Shown here: positions 1 through 9,410 of the stretch, one piece after another | How the letters are laid out: each line of letters begins with the position of its first letter | Position numbering within the stretch: the first letter of the stretch is position 1 | NCBI GenBank assembly: GCA_038057075.1 | Contig: JBBUDV010000006.1 | Coordinates: 2,216 to 66,215, forward strand | Length of the DNA stretch: 64,000 nucleotides | Reading direction: 5' to 3' | Source: Patescibacteria group bacterium | Lineage (GTDB): Bacteria > Patescibacteriota > Minisyncoccia > UBA6257 > UBA9933 | Made by a program: the position numbers and the translations under genes | The notes under the pieces: model-generated | What the model was told of the DNA's origin: nothing | What the model saw: the letters and a program-made list of their open reading frames with translations, nothing else | The model's database searches: none

Positions 1-397
1 GATTTTGGCGGATGCCGAGTTCGGCTCCGATGCCGCCGAATTCGCCGCTGACTTCCTGGGCAAAACTTTTTGCCTCGGTTGGAGGCATAAAAACCGAATA
101 GGGGTCGCCTGTGGCGCCGAACATGCCGGAAATCGCGCCGTAAACGAGATTTTGATTGTCCAGTTTGTCCGCATCAACGTATTTTTCTTTTAATATATTC
201 CAGGCATCCCAAAATAATTTAAAATCAACGCTTTCTTCTTTGCCTTCTTTCAAATTGGCCAATCCTTTAACAATGGTGATTTTCGGATGTTCAATCCCCT
301 GTTTATATCCGATATAATAAAAGCCCCCGGAAATCGCCAGAATGACGATGAGAGTGATAAAGGAAGCAACGGCGCTGTTTTTAAAAAATTTTAACAT
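1..397 (-). CDS. C-terminal processing (tail-specific) peptidase S41, N-terminal part; 3' end runs off the window
   Basis: Minus-strand translation from ATG at 397 reads MLKFFKNSAVASFITLIVILAISGG...QEVSGEFGGIGAELGIRQN, with an S41/Ctp-type GGIG motif and a signal/TM anchor. It is absent from the ORF track only because no stop lies inside the window. Confidence 0.6.
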   Translation of the reverse strand, partial: MLKFFKNSAVASFITLIVILAISGGFYYIGYKQGIEHPKITIVKGLANLKEGKEESVDFKLFWDAWNILKEKYVDADKLDNQNLVYGAISGMFGATGDPYSVFMPPTEAKSFAQEVSGEFGGIGAELGIRQN

Positions 398-413
398 CTC
401 AAAATTTTATCAG

Positions 414-1199
414 CTATCTAATTTCGTATTTTAATGTCACGTTGATTGTTATTTCTTGAGAGCCGGGTTCAATTGACGGCGAAACCGCTCCTGCTTTAAT
501 TTCAGCCGCGCCCAATCCGTACGCCCGATAAATTCCCTGCGGAGTAAAACCGCTTTCATCAATGGAAAGTAATTGTCCTACTTTAAATCCCGCCGAATCG
601 GCAATCTCTTCAGCTTTTTCTTTCGCCTGTTTTATTGCCTCGGTTCTTGCTTGGTTTTTTATCTTTTCCAGGTCATCCACCTGAAACGAAAGCTGGGAAA
701 CGTTATTGGCTCCTTTTTGGACTACGCCGGAAAGAATATCTCCAATTTTGGAAAAATCCCTGATTTTAACTTGAACTGACTGACTAATGGTATAACCGAC
801 TATATCTGGAGGCAAACATGGCGTAACACTGCTTTCCGGATGCGGACAATTGTAATACTGATATCGCGGTTCTAAATTGTAATTTTGTGTCTTAATGTCT
901 TTTTTATCCACGTTTTGCGATTTTAAAAATTCAATCATCGCGTTTATTTTTTCCGAATTTTCATTTTGTATCGCGCCAATGTTTTTGCCGCCCTGGGTTA
1001 TAAGCCCAAAACTGATTTGCGCCACATCCGGAATCGAAATCACCTTACCTTCTCCTGAAACCGAAAAACTTCTAAACGTCGAAGGCGCGATTGATTTTGA
1101 ATATGAGACGACGTAGGAAACGGAAGTATACGCGGCCGCCATAATTCCCAAAATTATGGCAACATTTAAGATATTTTTTATTTTTTCATTCATATTCAC
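414..1199 (-). CDS. SIMPL/DUF541 (BP26/Omp28-like) periplasmic protein
   Basis: 261 aa with an N-terminal TM/signal and a composition typical of DUF541 proteins. Confidence 0.55.
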   Translation of the reverse strand: MNMNEKIKNILNVAIILGIMAAAYTSVSYVVSYSKSIAPSTFRSFSVSGEGKVISIPDVAQISFGLITQGGKNIGAIQNENSEKINAMIEFLKSQNVDKKDIKTQNYNLEPRYQYYNCPHPESSVTPCLPPDIVGYTISQSVQVKIRDFSKIGDILSGVVQKGANNVSQLSFQVDDLEKIKNQARTEAIKQAKEKAEEIADSAGFKVGQLLSIDESGFTPQGIYRAYGLGAAEIKAGAVSPSIEPGSQEITINVTLKYEIR

Positions 1200-1200
1200 A

Positions 1201-1743
1201 TTATATCACTTTTTTGGATTTTTTGCGAAGCAGCAAAAAAACAATGACAATCGCCGAATAATTTAAAATTATAAACCACGGCGCGCTCCAAGAAAATCCG
1301 TCAAATTCCCATTTTGAAATCGGCCATAAAAAGGGCGTGGGAAAAAATTTATAACTGTGGCTCGGAATGTCAATTAAAATATGGAACAGCCAGCCGCTTA
1401 TTTCCCAAATCGGTTTTTTTCGCCAAAACCAAATAACAAAGAAAATAATTAAAAAAATCGGAATGCTGTGGCTGAAATTGTAAAGAATATGCGTAAAAAG
1501 GAATATTGGGCTGGTATTATTGTTAATGGGCTGGTCGTTGGGAGGTCTGGGAAATAATCCTGACGGTGTTGGGTCGCCGGAGATAACCTTTAAAATTGCC
1601 CAAATAAATGGCACTGAAAACGAAAAAAGGTCGGGGAAAATTCCGTAAAAAGCGGTTAAGCCCACGCTGAGCGGCTTTTTAATTTTACGATTTGCCGTTT
1701 TCGCGGCGGCGTATGTCCAAAAAGCATGCGAAAAAATATCCAT
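1201..1743 (-). CDS. Membrane-bound metal-dependent hydrolase-like protein (DUF457/YdjM-like)
   Basis: 180 aa polytopic membrane protein with conserved His/Asp positions (HAFWTY...IDIPSHS). A paralog lies at 43119-43577. Confidence 0.4.
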   Translation of the reverse strand: MDIFSHAFWTYAAAKTANRKIKKPLSVGLTAFYGIFPDLFSFSVPFIWAILKVISGDPTPSGLFPRPPNDQPINNNTSPIFLFTHILYNFSHSIPIFLIIFFVIWFWRKKPIWEISGWLFHILIDIPSHSYKFFPTPFLWPISKWEFDGFSWSAPWFIILNYSAIVIVFLLLRKKSKKVI

Positions 1744-1839
1744 TTAATTTATTTTATCCATAAACCTTCAAAGCCGCAAGTAGATAATATTGAAATCAAC
1801 AGGTTTAATGTTATAATTTAATAAATAACCTGATTCGTT

Positions 1840-3084
1840 ATGGCTGATAAACTCCAAAAAATAAAAGTAGAAGAAGAACTTAAGCGCGGAGCAGAGGTCT
1901 CAATTATTAGTCTTGTTGATTCATTGATTGAAAACGGCTATCATAGCCGCGCTTCGGATATTCATATAGATCCCGAAGAAAAACGGGTAAGGGTAAGATT
2001 AAGAATAGACGGCATTTTAAATGATGCGTTTATTCTACCTAAAGACATTCAATCCGAGGTTATAACGAGAATTAAGGTGCTTTCCGGACTTAGAACCGAT
2101 GAGCATCAAGCGGCTCAAGACGGCCGTTTTAGAACCGAAATTGAAGGCGGCGGGCCTATTGATCTTCGTGTCTCCATAGCTCCCACTTATTACGGCGAAA
2201 ATGCGGTAATGCGCCTTCTTATGGAAAAAGAAGAAAAATTTACTTTGGAAACATTGGGATACAACGAAAGAGACAGAGGAATAATAATGAAAGCCATTAA
2301 AAATCCTTACGGGATGATTCTGGCAACCGGCCCCACCGGTTCCGGAAAAACAACCACGCTTTACACGATTCTGAAAATTTTAAACACCAAAGAGGTCTCA
2401 ATAATTACGATTGAAGACCCCATAGAATATTCCCTTGAAGGCATTGACCAGATTCAGGCTAATACCAGAACCGGACTGACTTTTGCCACGGGTTTGCGTT
2501 CCATTTTGCGGCAAGACCCCAATATAATTATGGTCGGAGAAATTAGAGACGAAGAAACCGCGAGAATAGCCGTGAATGCGGCTTTGACCGGACATCTTTT
2601 GCTTTCAACTCTGCATACGAACGACGCCCCCACTACCCTGCCTCGTTTACTTGATATGCAGATTGAACCGTTTTTGATTGCTTCCACGGTTAATATCGCC
2701 ATCGGACAACGTTTAGTAAGAAAAATTTGCGAGAATTGCAAAGTTAACAAAGCCATTTCCACGGATGAGTTAAAAACATTATCCGAGTCCGTATCAACTG
2801 AAATTCTTTCTAAATATGAAAAAATCACGAAAAGCAAAAATTTTTCCAAAGGAAGCGGCTGTGAAAAATGTAATGACACCGGTTATCAGGGAAGAATCGG
2901 AATTTATGAAGTTTTGGAAGTTGACGATGATATAAGAAAGGCGGTTATCAGAAAAGCGGATGCCGGCGAAATCAGGGATATCGCCATAAAAAATGGAATG
3001 ACTACAATGATAGGAGACGGATTTAAAAAGGCCTCGGAAGGAATAACAACCATTGAGGAAATATTAAGAGTTATACATGAATAA
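1840..3084 (+). CDS. pilB: Type IV pilus / type II secretion assembly ATPase (PilB/GspE family), short form
   Basis: Walker A GPTGSGKTTTL, Asp/His boxes, and the C-terminal CxxC...CxxC zinc motif of GspE ATPases. Confidence 0.9.
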   Translation: MADKLQKIKVEEELKRGAEVSIISLVDSLIENGYHSRASDIHIDPEEKRVRVRLRIDGILNDAFILPKDIQSEVITRIKVLSGLRTDEHQAAQDGRFRTEIEGGGPIDLRVSIAPTYYGENAVMRLLMEKEEKFTLETLGYNERDRGIIMKAIKNPYGMILATGPTGSGKTTTLYTILKILNTKEVSIITIEDPIEYSLEGIDQIQANTRTGLTFATGLRSILRQDPNIIMVGEIRDEETARIAVNAALTGHLLLSTLHTNDAPTTLPRLLDMQIEPFLIASTVNIAIGQRLVRKICENCKVNKAISTDELKTLSESVSTEILSKYEKITKSKNFSKGSGCEKCNDTGYQGRIGIYEVLEVDDDIRKAVIRKADAGEIRDIAIKNGMTTMIGDGFKKASEGITTIEEILRVIHE

Positions 3085-3126
3085 ATAACCAACAACTAAT
3101 GACTAATAAAAATTGTAAGTTAATTT

Positions 3127-4188
3127 ATGACTAATTTATTTTTAAGAGTTTCCATTCAAGAAAAAATTCTTTTTGTAAAACATCTTGCCATGATGATTAA
3201 GGCCGGAATGTCTATCGTGGACAGTTTGAAAATGCTTAAGAAACAGGCGCGTTCAAAATCAATGGAAAAAATTTATGACCATCTTATTGCCGAAGTTTCA
3301 AACGGACAATTTTTATCAACTGCCTTGGAAAAGTTCAAAAATATTTTCGGCGACTTTGCCATAAACATCATACGAGTCGGAGAAGCCAGCGGAATTCTTT
3401 ATGAAAATTTGAATTATTTGGCGACGGAATTGACGAAAAAGAAAGAATTGCGCAAAAAGGTCGTTGGCGCCATGATTTATCCGATTATCATCATTATCGC
3501 GACTTTCGGCATCACCGGACTTTTAACCGTCTATATTTTTCCAAAAATTTTGCCGATATTTAAAAGTTTAAACGTAAAACTTCCGTTAAGCACCAAAATT
3601 CTCATTTCAGCCAGCGAATTTTTGATAAATTACGGAATTTACGCCATTTTTGGCGTCTTAGGATTGATTATTTTATTCTTTCTGTTTTTAAGAATCAGAT
3701 TAGTCCATTATTTTTTTGACAGATTGCTTTTGATGATTCCCCTTTTCGGCCAAATGTCTATAAATTACAATATGTCCAATTTTTGCCGCACGCTTGGATT
3801 GCTTCTGAAAAGCGACATTAAAGTTGTTGAGGCGGTTTCCATTACTGGAGACACTTTGAAAAATCTTGTTTACAAAAATGAACTGAAAAAAATCGCCGCG
3901 GACGTTACGAAAGGAGAAGAAATTTCCTTGCGGTTGGAGGAAAAGAAAAAATTATTTCCGCCTATGGTTTCGCAAATGGTGTCCATCGGAGAAAATACGG
4001 GCAATTTGAGCGAAACGTTGATTTATATTTCGGAATTTTATGAAAAAGAAGTTGATGATACCGCTAAAAATCTTTCAACTATTTTAGAGCCGCTGCTTAT
4101 GATTTTAATGGGATTAATCGTCGCTTTTATCTCGATTTCCATTATTACGCCAATTTATGAAGTCACTCAAGGACTTAATGTTAAATAA
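3127..4188 (+). CDS. pilC: Type IV pilus platform protein PilC/GspF
   Basis: 353 aa with T2SS-F domain architecture and three TM segments, immediately downstream of pilB. Confidence 0.85.
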   Translation: MTNLFLRVSIQEKILFVKHLAMMIKAGMSIVDSLKMLKKQARSKSMEKIYDHLIAEVSNGQFLSTALEKFKNIFGDFAINIIRVGEASGILYENLNYLATELTKKKELRKKVVGAMIYPIIIIIATFGITGLLTVYIFPKILPIFKSLNVKLPLSTKILISASEFLINYGIYAIFGVLGLIILFFLFLRIRLVHYFFDRLLLMIPLFGQMSINYNMSNFCRTLGLLLKSDIKVVEAVSITGDTLKNLVYKNELKKIAADVTKGEEISLRLEEKKKLFPPMVSQMVSIGENTGNLSETLIYISEFYEKEVDDTAKNLSTILEPLLMILMGLIVAFISISIITPIYEVTQGLNVK

Positions 4189-4624
4189 AAAACTTAGACA
4201 AAAGGGGCTGACACTGATAGAAATATTGATAACGACAACGATTATTGCGGTGATTTTCTCGCTTGGCCTTGTTTTTGGGATAGATTTTTACAGAAACTAC
4301 GCGTTTCATTCCGAAAGAGACGTAATAGTGAGTATTTTGGAAAAAGCCAGAAGTCGGGCCTTAAACAATATCAATCAGGAAGCGCATGGCGTTTATTTTT
4401 CAGGCGCGAATCACGTTATTTTTCAAGGGAATTCTTATGCCGCAAGAAATTCTTTATTTGATTTAATTATTCCAAAATCTTACTCGGCGATTTTAAGCGG
4501 ATTAAATGAAGTCGTTTTTAGCCAACTATCCGGAGAATCCAACGCGTCGGGAACGATTACTATCAGCGAAGACGGCCGGATTTCAGATATTTCAATAAAT
4601 AATGAAGGACGAATTAACTGGTAA
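4178..4624 (+). CDS. Prepilin-type N-terminal cleavage/methylation domain protein (pseudopilin/minor pilin)
   Basis: Class III leader MLNKKLRQKG|LTLIEIL with Glu at +5. The start is chosen at M8 of the ORF-track ORF (4157), which otherwise overlaps pilC by 32 nt. Confidence 0.7.
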   Translation: MLNKKLRQKGLTLIEILITTTIIAVIFSLGLVFGIDFYRNYAFHSERDVIVSILEKARSRALNNINQEAHGVYFSGANHVIFQGNSYAARNSLFDLIIPKSYSAILSGLNEVVFSQLSGESNASGTITISEDGRISDISINNEGRINW

Positions 4625-4760
4625 TCCCTCACCCTTCAAATACCGAAAACCCGAACATTTTACTTAAAAAACAAAGATTTAAAAATAAATGTTGATTTTA
4701 ATTTTGAAACGCAGAACTTGTAAAAGGTTTTATAAAATGCCGTATTTGAAGGGTGAGGGA
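4625..4760. mobile_element. IR-D family element copy 1 (18-bp terminal inverted repeats around ~100 bp AT-rich core)
   Basis: tccctcacccttcaaata (4625-4642) and tatttgaagggtgaggga (4743-4760). The left arm starts right after the upstream pilin stop codon. The right arm encodes YLKGEG of the next gene's prepilin leader, and that gene's ATG (4737) lies inside the element. Confidence 0.55.
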
Positions 4761-6107
4761 GGGCAAAGTATGGTGGAAATTTTGGTTGCTTTGACGATTT
4801 TCGTTTTAACCATCACGGCGGTTATTTTTCTTTCATCAGGAGGTCAATCGGTTTCAATTGATACCGAACTTAATAATCAAACAATTTACAAAGCCAAGGA
4901 GCAATTGGAAAACGCCCGGGCAACGGCAAAAAATAATTTTAGTTCTTTAGTTTCCGCTTCAAGCGCGGATAACGGATTTTTAAAAGAACTTATTGTGGAA
5001 AACCTCGGCGCTTATGAAAAAAAAGTTACAAGCAAAGTAAGTTGGCAAATAACGCCTTCGCGGACTCTTAAAACTGAACTTGCGACTATTATTTCCGATT
5101 GGAAAGGCGCAGTTGCGGTTGGCGGAGACACCGGCGGCGGCGGAATTTCCGGCGATTGGAAAAACCCCAGAACTTTAGGTTCTATTGATTTGGGTCCGGG
5201 AAATTCGGCAACCGGATTGGACGTTATTAATAAAATCGTCTATTTGTCAGCCGAGGCGTCTGACTCTAAAAAGCCGGATTTTTACATCGTTGATGCCACC
5301 GATGGAGAACATCCTTTTATTAAATCCAGTCTTAATACCGGCCCGGGCTTAAAAGCGTTGGACGTTGCCGGACAATACGCTTATCTGGCTAATAATAATG
5401 GAAACGCTCAATTACAAATTGTCAACGTAAGCGATCTTAATAATCCAATTTTGATTAAATCATATAAATTGCCGAATGTTTCTGGCGATGATGGAATCGC
5501 TCTAAGTATTTTTTACGTTGACTCAAAAATTTATCTTGGCATGAAAAAAATTGATGGTCCGGAATTTAATATTATTGATGTTTCTAATCCGAATAATCCA
5601 GTTTTGCTTGGCTCATATGAAATTAATGATAATGTTAATGATATTTATATAAACAGCAATCGCGCCTATCTGGCAACTGATTTAGGAAATGCAGGATTGA
5701 TTATTTTAGATGTTTCTAATTCGGCAAGCGTCAATCTTTTAGGACAAGCTTACTCTACGGATACTAATAGTGTTTTTAGTAATAATCCTTCGCTAACTTT
5801 TTTGAATCCGGGACAGGAATTTCGTATTGCCGACACCACCAATCCCAATTCAATTATTGATATAGGGTCAATCAATGTCGGCGATATAATCAATGATATA
5901 ACAAGCCGCGATTATTTGGCGTTTCTGGCAACTTCAAACAGCAACCGCAATTTCCAGATCGTTAATGTTTCTGATTCCGCTAATCCAACTTTATGGAGTT
6001 TTTTCAAGTTTCCTCAGGTGGCAACCGGCATAGATTTTGAAGATAATATCGTTTACGTTTCCATAAGAAGTAATGACGCGTTAAGAATCATAACGTCTTC
6101 TCTATAA
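4737..6107 (+). CDS. Pilin-like protein with prepilin leader fused to an LVIVD-repeat beta-propeller
   Basis: Leader MPYLKGEGG|QSMVEILVALTIFVL (Glu +5) followed by more than 6 LVIVD-type repeats (IVDATDG..., LQIVNVSDLNNP..., FNIIDVSNPNNP..., LIILDVSNSASV..., FQIVNVSDSANP...). The true start (M17 of the track ORF) lies inside the IR-D element. Confidence 0.6.
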   Translation: MPYLKGEGGQSMVEILVALTIFVLTITAVIFLSSGGQSVSIDTELNNQTIYKAKEQLENARATAKNNFSSLVSASSADNGFLKELIVENLGAYEKKVTSKVSWQITPSRTLKTELATIISDWKGAVAVGGDTGGGGISGDWKNPRTLGSIDLGPGNSATGLDVINKIVYLSAEASDSKKPDFYIVDATDGEHPFIKSSLNTGPGLKALDVAGQYAYLANNNGNAQLQIVNVSDLNNPILIKSYKLPNVSGDDGIALSIFYVDSKIYLGMKKIDGPEFNIIDVSNPNNPVLLGSYEINDNVNDIYINSNRAYLATDLGNAGLIILDVSNSASVNLLGQAYSTDTNSVFSNNPSLTFLNPGQEFRIADTTNPNSIIDIGSINVGDIINDITSRDYLAFLATSNSNRNFQIVNVSDSANPTLWSFFKFPQVATGIDFEDNIVYVSIRSNDALRIITSSL

Positions 6108-6108
6108 T

Positions 6109-6579
6109 ATGAAACAAAATAAAGGATTTACTCTAATAGAAACAATGATTTATTCAGCGTTAATTTCAATGATAATCGGCATGATTTTGGTATCCGTTTA
6201 CCAACTGATTATTGGAAACGAAAGAATAGCCCAAAAAAATATTATTGAAGAAGAAGCTAATTTTCTGCTCAAAAAAATTGAATGGGGATTAAACGGGGTT
6301 TCTTCAATAAACTCCCCCGCCTCGGGCGCGTCAAGCTCCGCGCTTTCAATAAATAAATTAAATTATTCTTATAACCCGGTTGTCTTTGACGCGGATTCGG
6401 GAAATTTGCGCGTAAAAAAAGGAAGCGGCGATCCGGCAATTTTAAACAGCCAAAATGTCTCCATAAACAATGTGGAATTTCAAAGGATTGCCGCAGTCGG
6501 CAACGCGCCTGAAGCCGTAAAAATAATCATTAACGTCAATCAAAGGCCGTATCAAACAACTATTTATTTAAAAAAATGA
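6109..6579 (+). CDS. Minor pilin/pseudopilin
   Basis: Leader MKQNKG|FTLIETMIY, canonical GFTLIE class III signal. Confidence 0.7.
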   Translation: MKQNKGFTLIETMIYSALISMIIGMILVSVYQLIIGNERIAQKNIIEEEANFLLKKIEWGLNGVSSINSPASGASSSALSINKLNYSYNPVVFDADSGNLRVKKGSGDPAILNSQNVSINNVEFQRIAAVGNAPEAVKIIINVNQRPYQTTIYLKK

Positions 6580-6956
6580 GAAACGGTTATCTGGCTTTAA
6601 CTTCAATAATAATAATTTCAATTTTGGTTTTAACCATCTCATTATCGCTTGAATTTTCCGGTTTTTTCGCCAGATTTAACATATTGGATTCGGAATATAA
6701 AGAAAGAAGTTTGGCTTTGACCGATGCTTGCGCTGACAAAGCGCTTTTAAAAATTGTCCAAAATGCTTCTTATCTGGGCAACGAGACAATAATAATCGGC
6801 GATAATTCATGTAATATCTTGCCGATAGAAACACTCGGCAACCAAAAAACAATTAAAACCTCCGCCGTTTATCAAAATGCCGCCTCTAACATCAAAGTAA
6901 TTATAAATATGACTGATTTTTCAATAATTTCATGGGAAGAATTGCCGGAATTCTAA
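6576..6956 (+). CDS. Hypothetical membrane-anchored protein in the pilin operon
   Basis: 126 aa with an N-terminal TM and a 4-nt overlap with the upstream pilin gene. No canonical G/E+5 signal. Confidence 0.35.
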   Translation: MRNGYLALTSIIIISILVLTISLSLEFSGFFARFNILDSEYKERSLALTDACADKALLKIVQNASYLGNETIIIGDNSCNILPIETLGNQKTIKTSAVYQNAASNIKVIINMTDFSIISWEELPEF

Positions 6957-7041
6957 TGTGCCCGGTGTGGATAACTTTAATTATTTCCCGGAAGTTTATG
7001 TTATAATTAAAAAAATTAAAAGGTCGAGGGAAACGAAAAAA

Positions 7042-7075
7042 GGTTTACCCCGTTAGAAATTTTTAAAAACGGGTT
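7042..7075. repeat. IR-C family element, compact hairpin copy, upstream of the pilin gene
   Basis: ggtttaccccgttagaaattttt aaaaacgggttaatcc. Shares the CCCCGTTAGAAAT core with 12000-12086 and 14429-14488. Confidence 0.5.
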
Positions 7076-7123
7076 AATCCTTGATTAAAATCTATCAGTT
7101 AAATCAGGAATTAAATAAAAATT

Positions 7124-7591
7124 ATGATTACTAAAATTTCTAAGCGGGGTTTTACATTAATTGAACTTTTGGTTGTTATCGGAATTATCGCGATTTTAGC
7201 CGCAGTTGTTATTGTCGCTTTAAACCCCGCAAGACAATTCGCGCAAGCCAGAAACACTCAAAGATGGAGTAATGTTAACACTGTTTTAAACGCAGTTGGA
7301 CAAAGAATGGCGGACAATAAAGGCGTTTTTGAAACCGCGTGCGCCGCAGGCGTCATTCCGACAGCTTCAACCACCATGGCAAACGGCGTTGGCAATTACG
7401 ACATAGCTCCTTGCATTATTCCGACTTATGTTTCAACGATGCCGTTTGACCCCAGAGCGACTGGCGCTCATTACACGAGCAACGCAGATTACAACGCCGG
7501 CTATAAAATACAAAGGGATGCGACAACAGGAAGAATAACAATCAGCGCTCCGGAAGCGGAACTTGAAGAACCTATCTCGGTAACCAGATAA
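7124..7591 (+). CDS. Type IV pilin (major pilin candidate)
   Basis: MITKISKRG|FTLIELLVVIGIIAILAA, followed by a strong terminator. Confidence 0.75.
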   Translation: MITKISKRGFTLIELLVVIGIIAILAAVVIVALNPARQFAQARNTQRWSNVNTVLNAVGQRMADNKGVFETACAAGVIPTASTTMANGVGNYDIAPCIIPTYVSTMPFDPRATGAHYTSNADYNAGYKIQRDATTGRITISAPEAELEEPISVTR

Positions 7592-7627
7592 TAAAAAAAA
7601 GAAGCCCTTCAAGGGCTTCTTTTTTAG
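7592..7627 (+). terminator. Rho-independent terminator after the pilin gene
   Basis: Stem gaagccctt/aagggcttc followed by a T-run. Confidence 0.7.
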
Positions 7628-7643
7628 CATTCTAATTATTAAT

Positions 7644-8411
7644 TCATGATTTCTGACTCATAATCGCCGCGCCAAGCGCCGGGCCCAATTCCCCTAACCT
7701 ACTTTTAATAATAAGTGTTTTTTTGGCAAGCGGCGGCGCTATATATTTTTTAGCGACAGATCTTACGGTTTTTAAATCAACTTTTCCGGTTAAAATTCCT
7801 CCGCCGCCCAAAATCACAATATCGGGATTTAAAACGTTTATCAAATTGGCAACTCCAATGCCGATAATTTTGCTCCGGTCGCCGTATTTTTGAAACGCTT
7901 TTTTGGCGGCTGATTCTTCAAAAGTTTTATTGCCGTCAATTATAATATGTCCAACTTCGCCGGCGCTGTTGCTACTTCCTGAATAAATTTCACCGTCTAT
8001 CATTATTCCTGAACCTATGCCCGTGCCAATAGTTATAGCCAAAACATTTTTTTTGTTTTTAGCCGCTCCCAGTGTTGCCTCAGCCCGTAAAAAACAACGG
8101 CAATCGTTATCTATTTTAACTTTAGAATGGAATTTAGCGAAAAATTTTTTAGCATTCCATTTGCCCATAAACGGAAATTTTGATGTTTTTCCTAAAAATC
8201 CATATTCCCCGACCACGCTGGCCAACCCAACGCCAACACCGCTAATTTTATTTTTTCCGACAAGTTTTACGATTTCCGTATCCAAAGTTTTCAAAAAAGC
8301 CGTCTTGCTTTTAGGCGTTAAAACAATAAATTTTGACAAGATTTTTTTTGAGACGGCATCAACCAAAACTCCCCTGATTTTAGTGCCGCCTATATCAAGA
8401 CCGATATACAT
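7644..8411 (-). CDS. ROK family sugar kinase/regulator-like protein
   Basis: N-terminal LDIGGTKIR and the ROK glycine-rich signature GIGSGIMIDGEIYSGSSNSAGEVGH. Confidence 0.75.
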   Translation of the reverse strand: MYIGLDIGGTKIRGVLVDAVSKKILSKFIVLTPKSKTAFLKTLDTEIVKLVGKNKISGVGVGLASVVGEYGFLGKTSKFPFMGKWNAKKFFAKFHSKVKIDNDCRCFLRAEATLGAAKNKKNVLAITIGTGIGSGIMIDGEIYSGSSNSAGEVGHIIIDGNKTFEESAAKKAFQKYGDRSKIIGIGVANLINVLNPDIVILGGGGILTGKVDLKTVRSVAKKYIAPPLAKKTLIIKSRLGELGPALGAAIMSQKS

Positions 8412-8426
8412 AAATTTAACTTATAA

Positions 8427-9410
8427 CTAAAAAAGTTTTTTTGCTTCGTTCCAAAATTCAGGATGGTTTTGTTTAGTCTTCAGCCAATACCACCATTCAA
8501 CACCCCATAAATACGCCTCGGAAAAACCAACATCGCGCGCGTATTTAATATTATCATTAAATTGAACAAAATCCATTGATTTAAATTGGTCTTCAAGCGG
8601 AGTTTCATAAATCATTTTCGGACCCCAAGGTTCGGCTTGGAGTTCGGAAACGATTATCGGCTTTTGGGGATAAAACAATCTCACAATATTGGCTTTTAGC
8701 CAAAAAAATTTCGGCGGCAGCGGATATTTGAAATAACCCGTATATTTATTCCATACGATTTTATACATCGTGGTGCCGAAAACGTCGGCGCGCTTGGCGG
8801 CTCTGACCCAAACGCTCAATTCCCCGCTGTCGGTAATCATAATTTTATGGTTCGGGTCCAATTTCCTGACCAAACTGATTTCTTTATCTAAAAAATCAAC
8901 GTCTAATTTCGGGCACTCGCCAAAAACCAAAAACGGTTCGTTTTCAACCTGCCATAAATAAAGATTCGGAATGTTTTTATATTTTAAAACCGTTTTTTCA
9001 ATGTAGTTTAAAACGCGTTCGTCAACGGCTTTTTTGTCCAAACCATCCGTCCACTTCGGTTCGTTGCATTCGGGCCAGCGCGGAGATTTGCGTCCTATTG
9101 CCAAAATAAGTTTCACGTTTCTTTTGCCTGCTTCATTTATCATCCAATCGTAATCGTCAAAAACATTTTCATCTTCATTGGGCTGAATGTCTCGCCAATA
9201 AACCGGCAAACGCAAAGATTTCGGCTTTAATTCGTCCAGAATCGCCAGATATGCTTTTTTCCAATTCAGTCCCATATCAATGGCAAAAGGTTTTGAAAAA
9301 GCCACTCCCCATTCAATATCTTTTGTTATTTCCGACGGCTGTCGTGTTAAATAAACAAATCCGAAATACAAAACAGCGAACAAGATTATTAAAAATAAAA
9401 TTTTTTTCAT
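8427..9410 (-). CDS. Secreted clan GH-A-like glycoside hydrolase (TIM barrel)
   Basis: Signal/TM anchor; NEP acid/base motif (WQVENEPF); candidate nucleophile in VSELQAEPWG. Confidence 0.5.
   Translation of the reverse strand: MKKILFLIILFAVLYFGFVYLTRQPSEITKDIEWGVAFSKPFAIDMGLNWKKAYLAILDELKPKSLRLPVYWRDIQPNEDENVFDDYDWMINEAGKRNVKLILAIGRKSPRWPECNEPKWTDGLDKKAVDERVLNYIEKTVLKYKNIPNLYLWQVENEPFLVFGECPKLDVDFLDKEISLVRKLDPNHKIMITDSGELSVWVRAAKRADVFGTTMYKIVWNKYTGYFKYPLPPKFFWLKANIVRLFYPQKPIIVSELQAEPWGPKMIYETPLEDQFKSMDFVQFNDNIKYARDVGFSEAYLWGVEWWYWLKTKQNHPEFWNEAKKLF

Noticed and set aside
5-193. 62-aa plus-strand ORF at the window start
   Set aside because: It is antisense to the S41 peptidase coding region (GGIG motif region).
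8017-8430. 137-aa plus-strand ORF inside the ROK kinase gene, and similar antisense ORFs inside dnaK, mreB, infB, pheT, the FN3 gene and others listed in the track
   Set aside because: Each is fully embedded in a better-supported gene on the other strand, with no independent signals.
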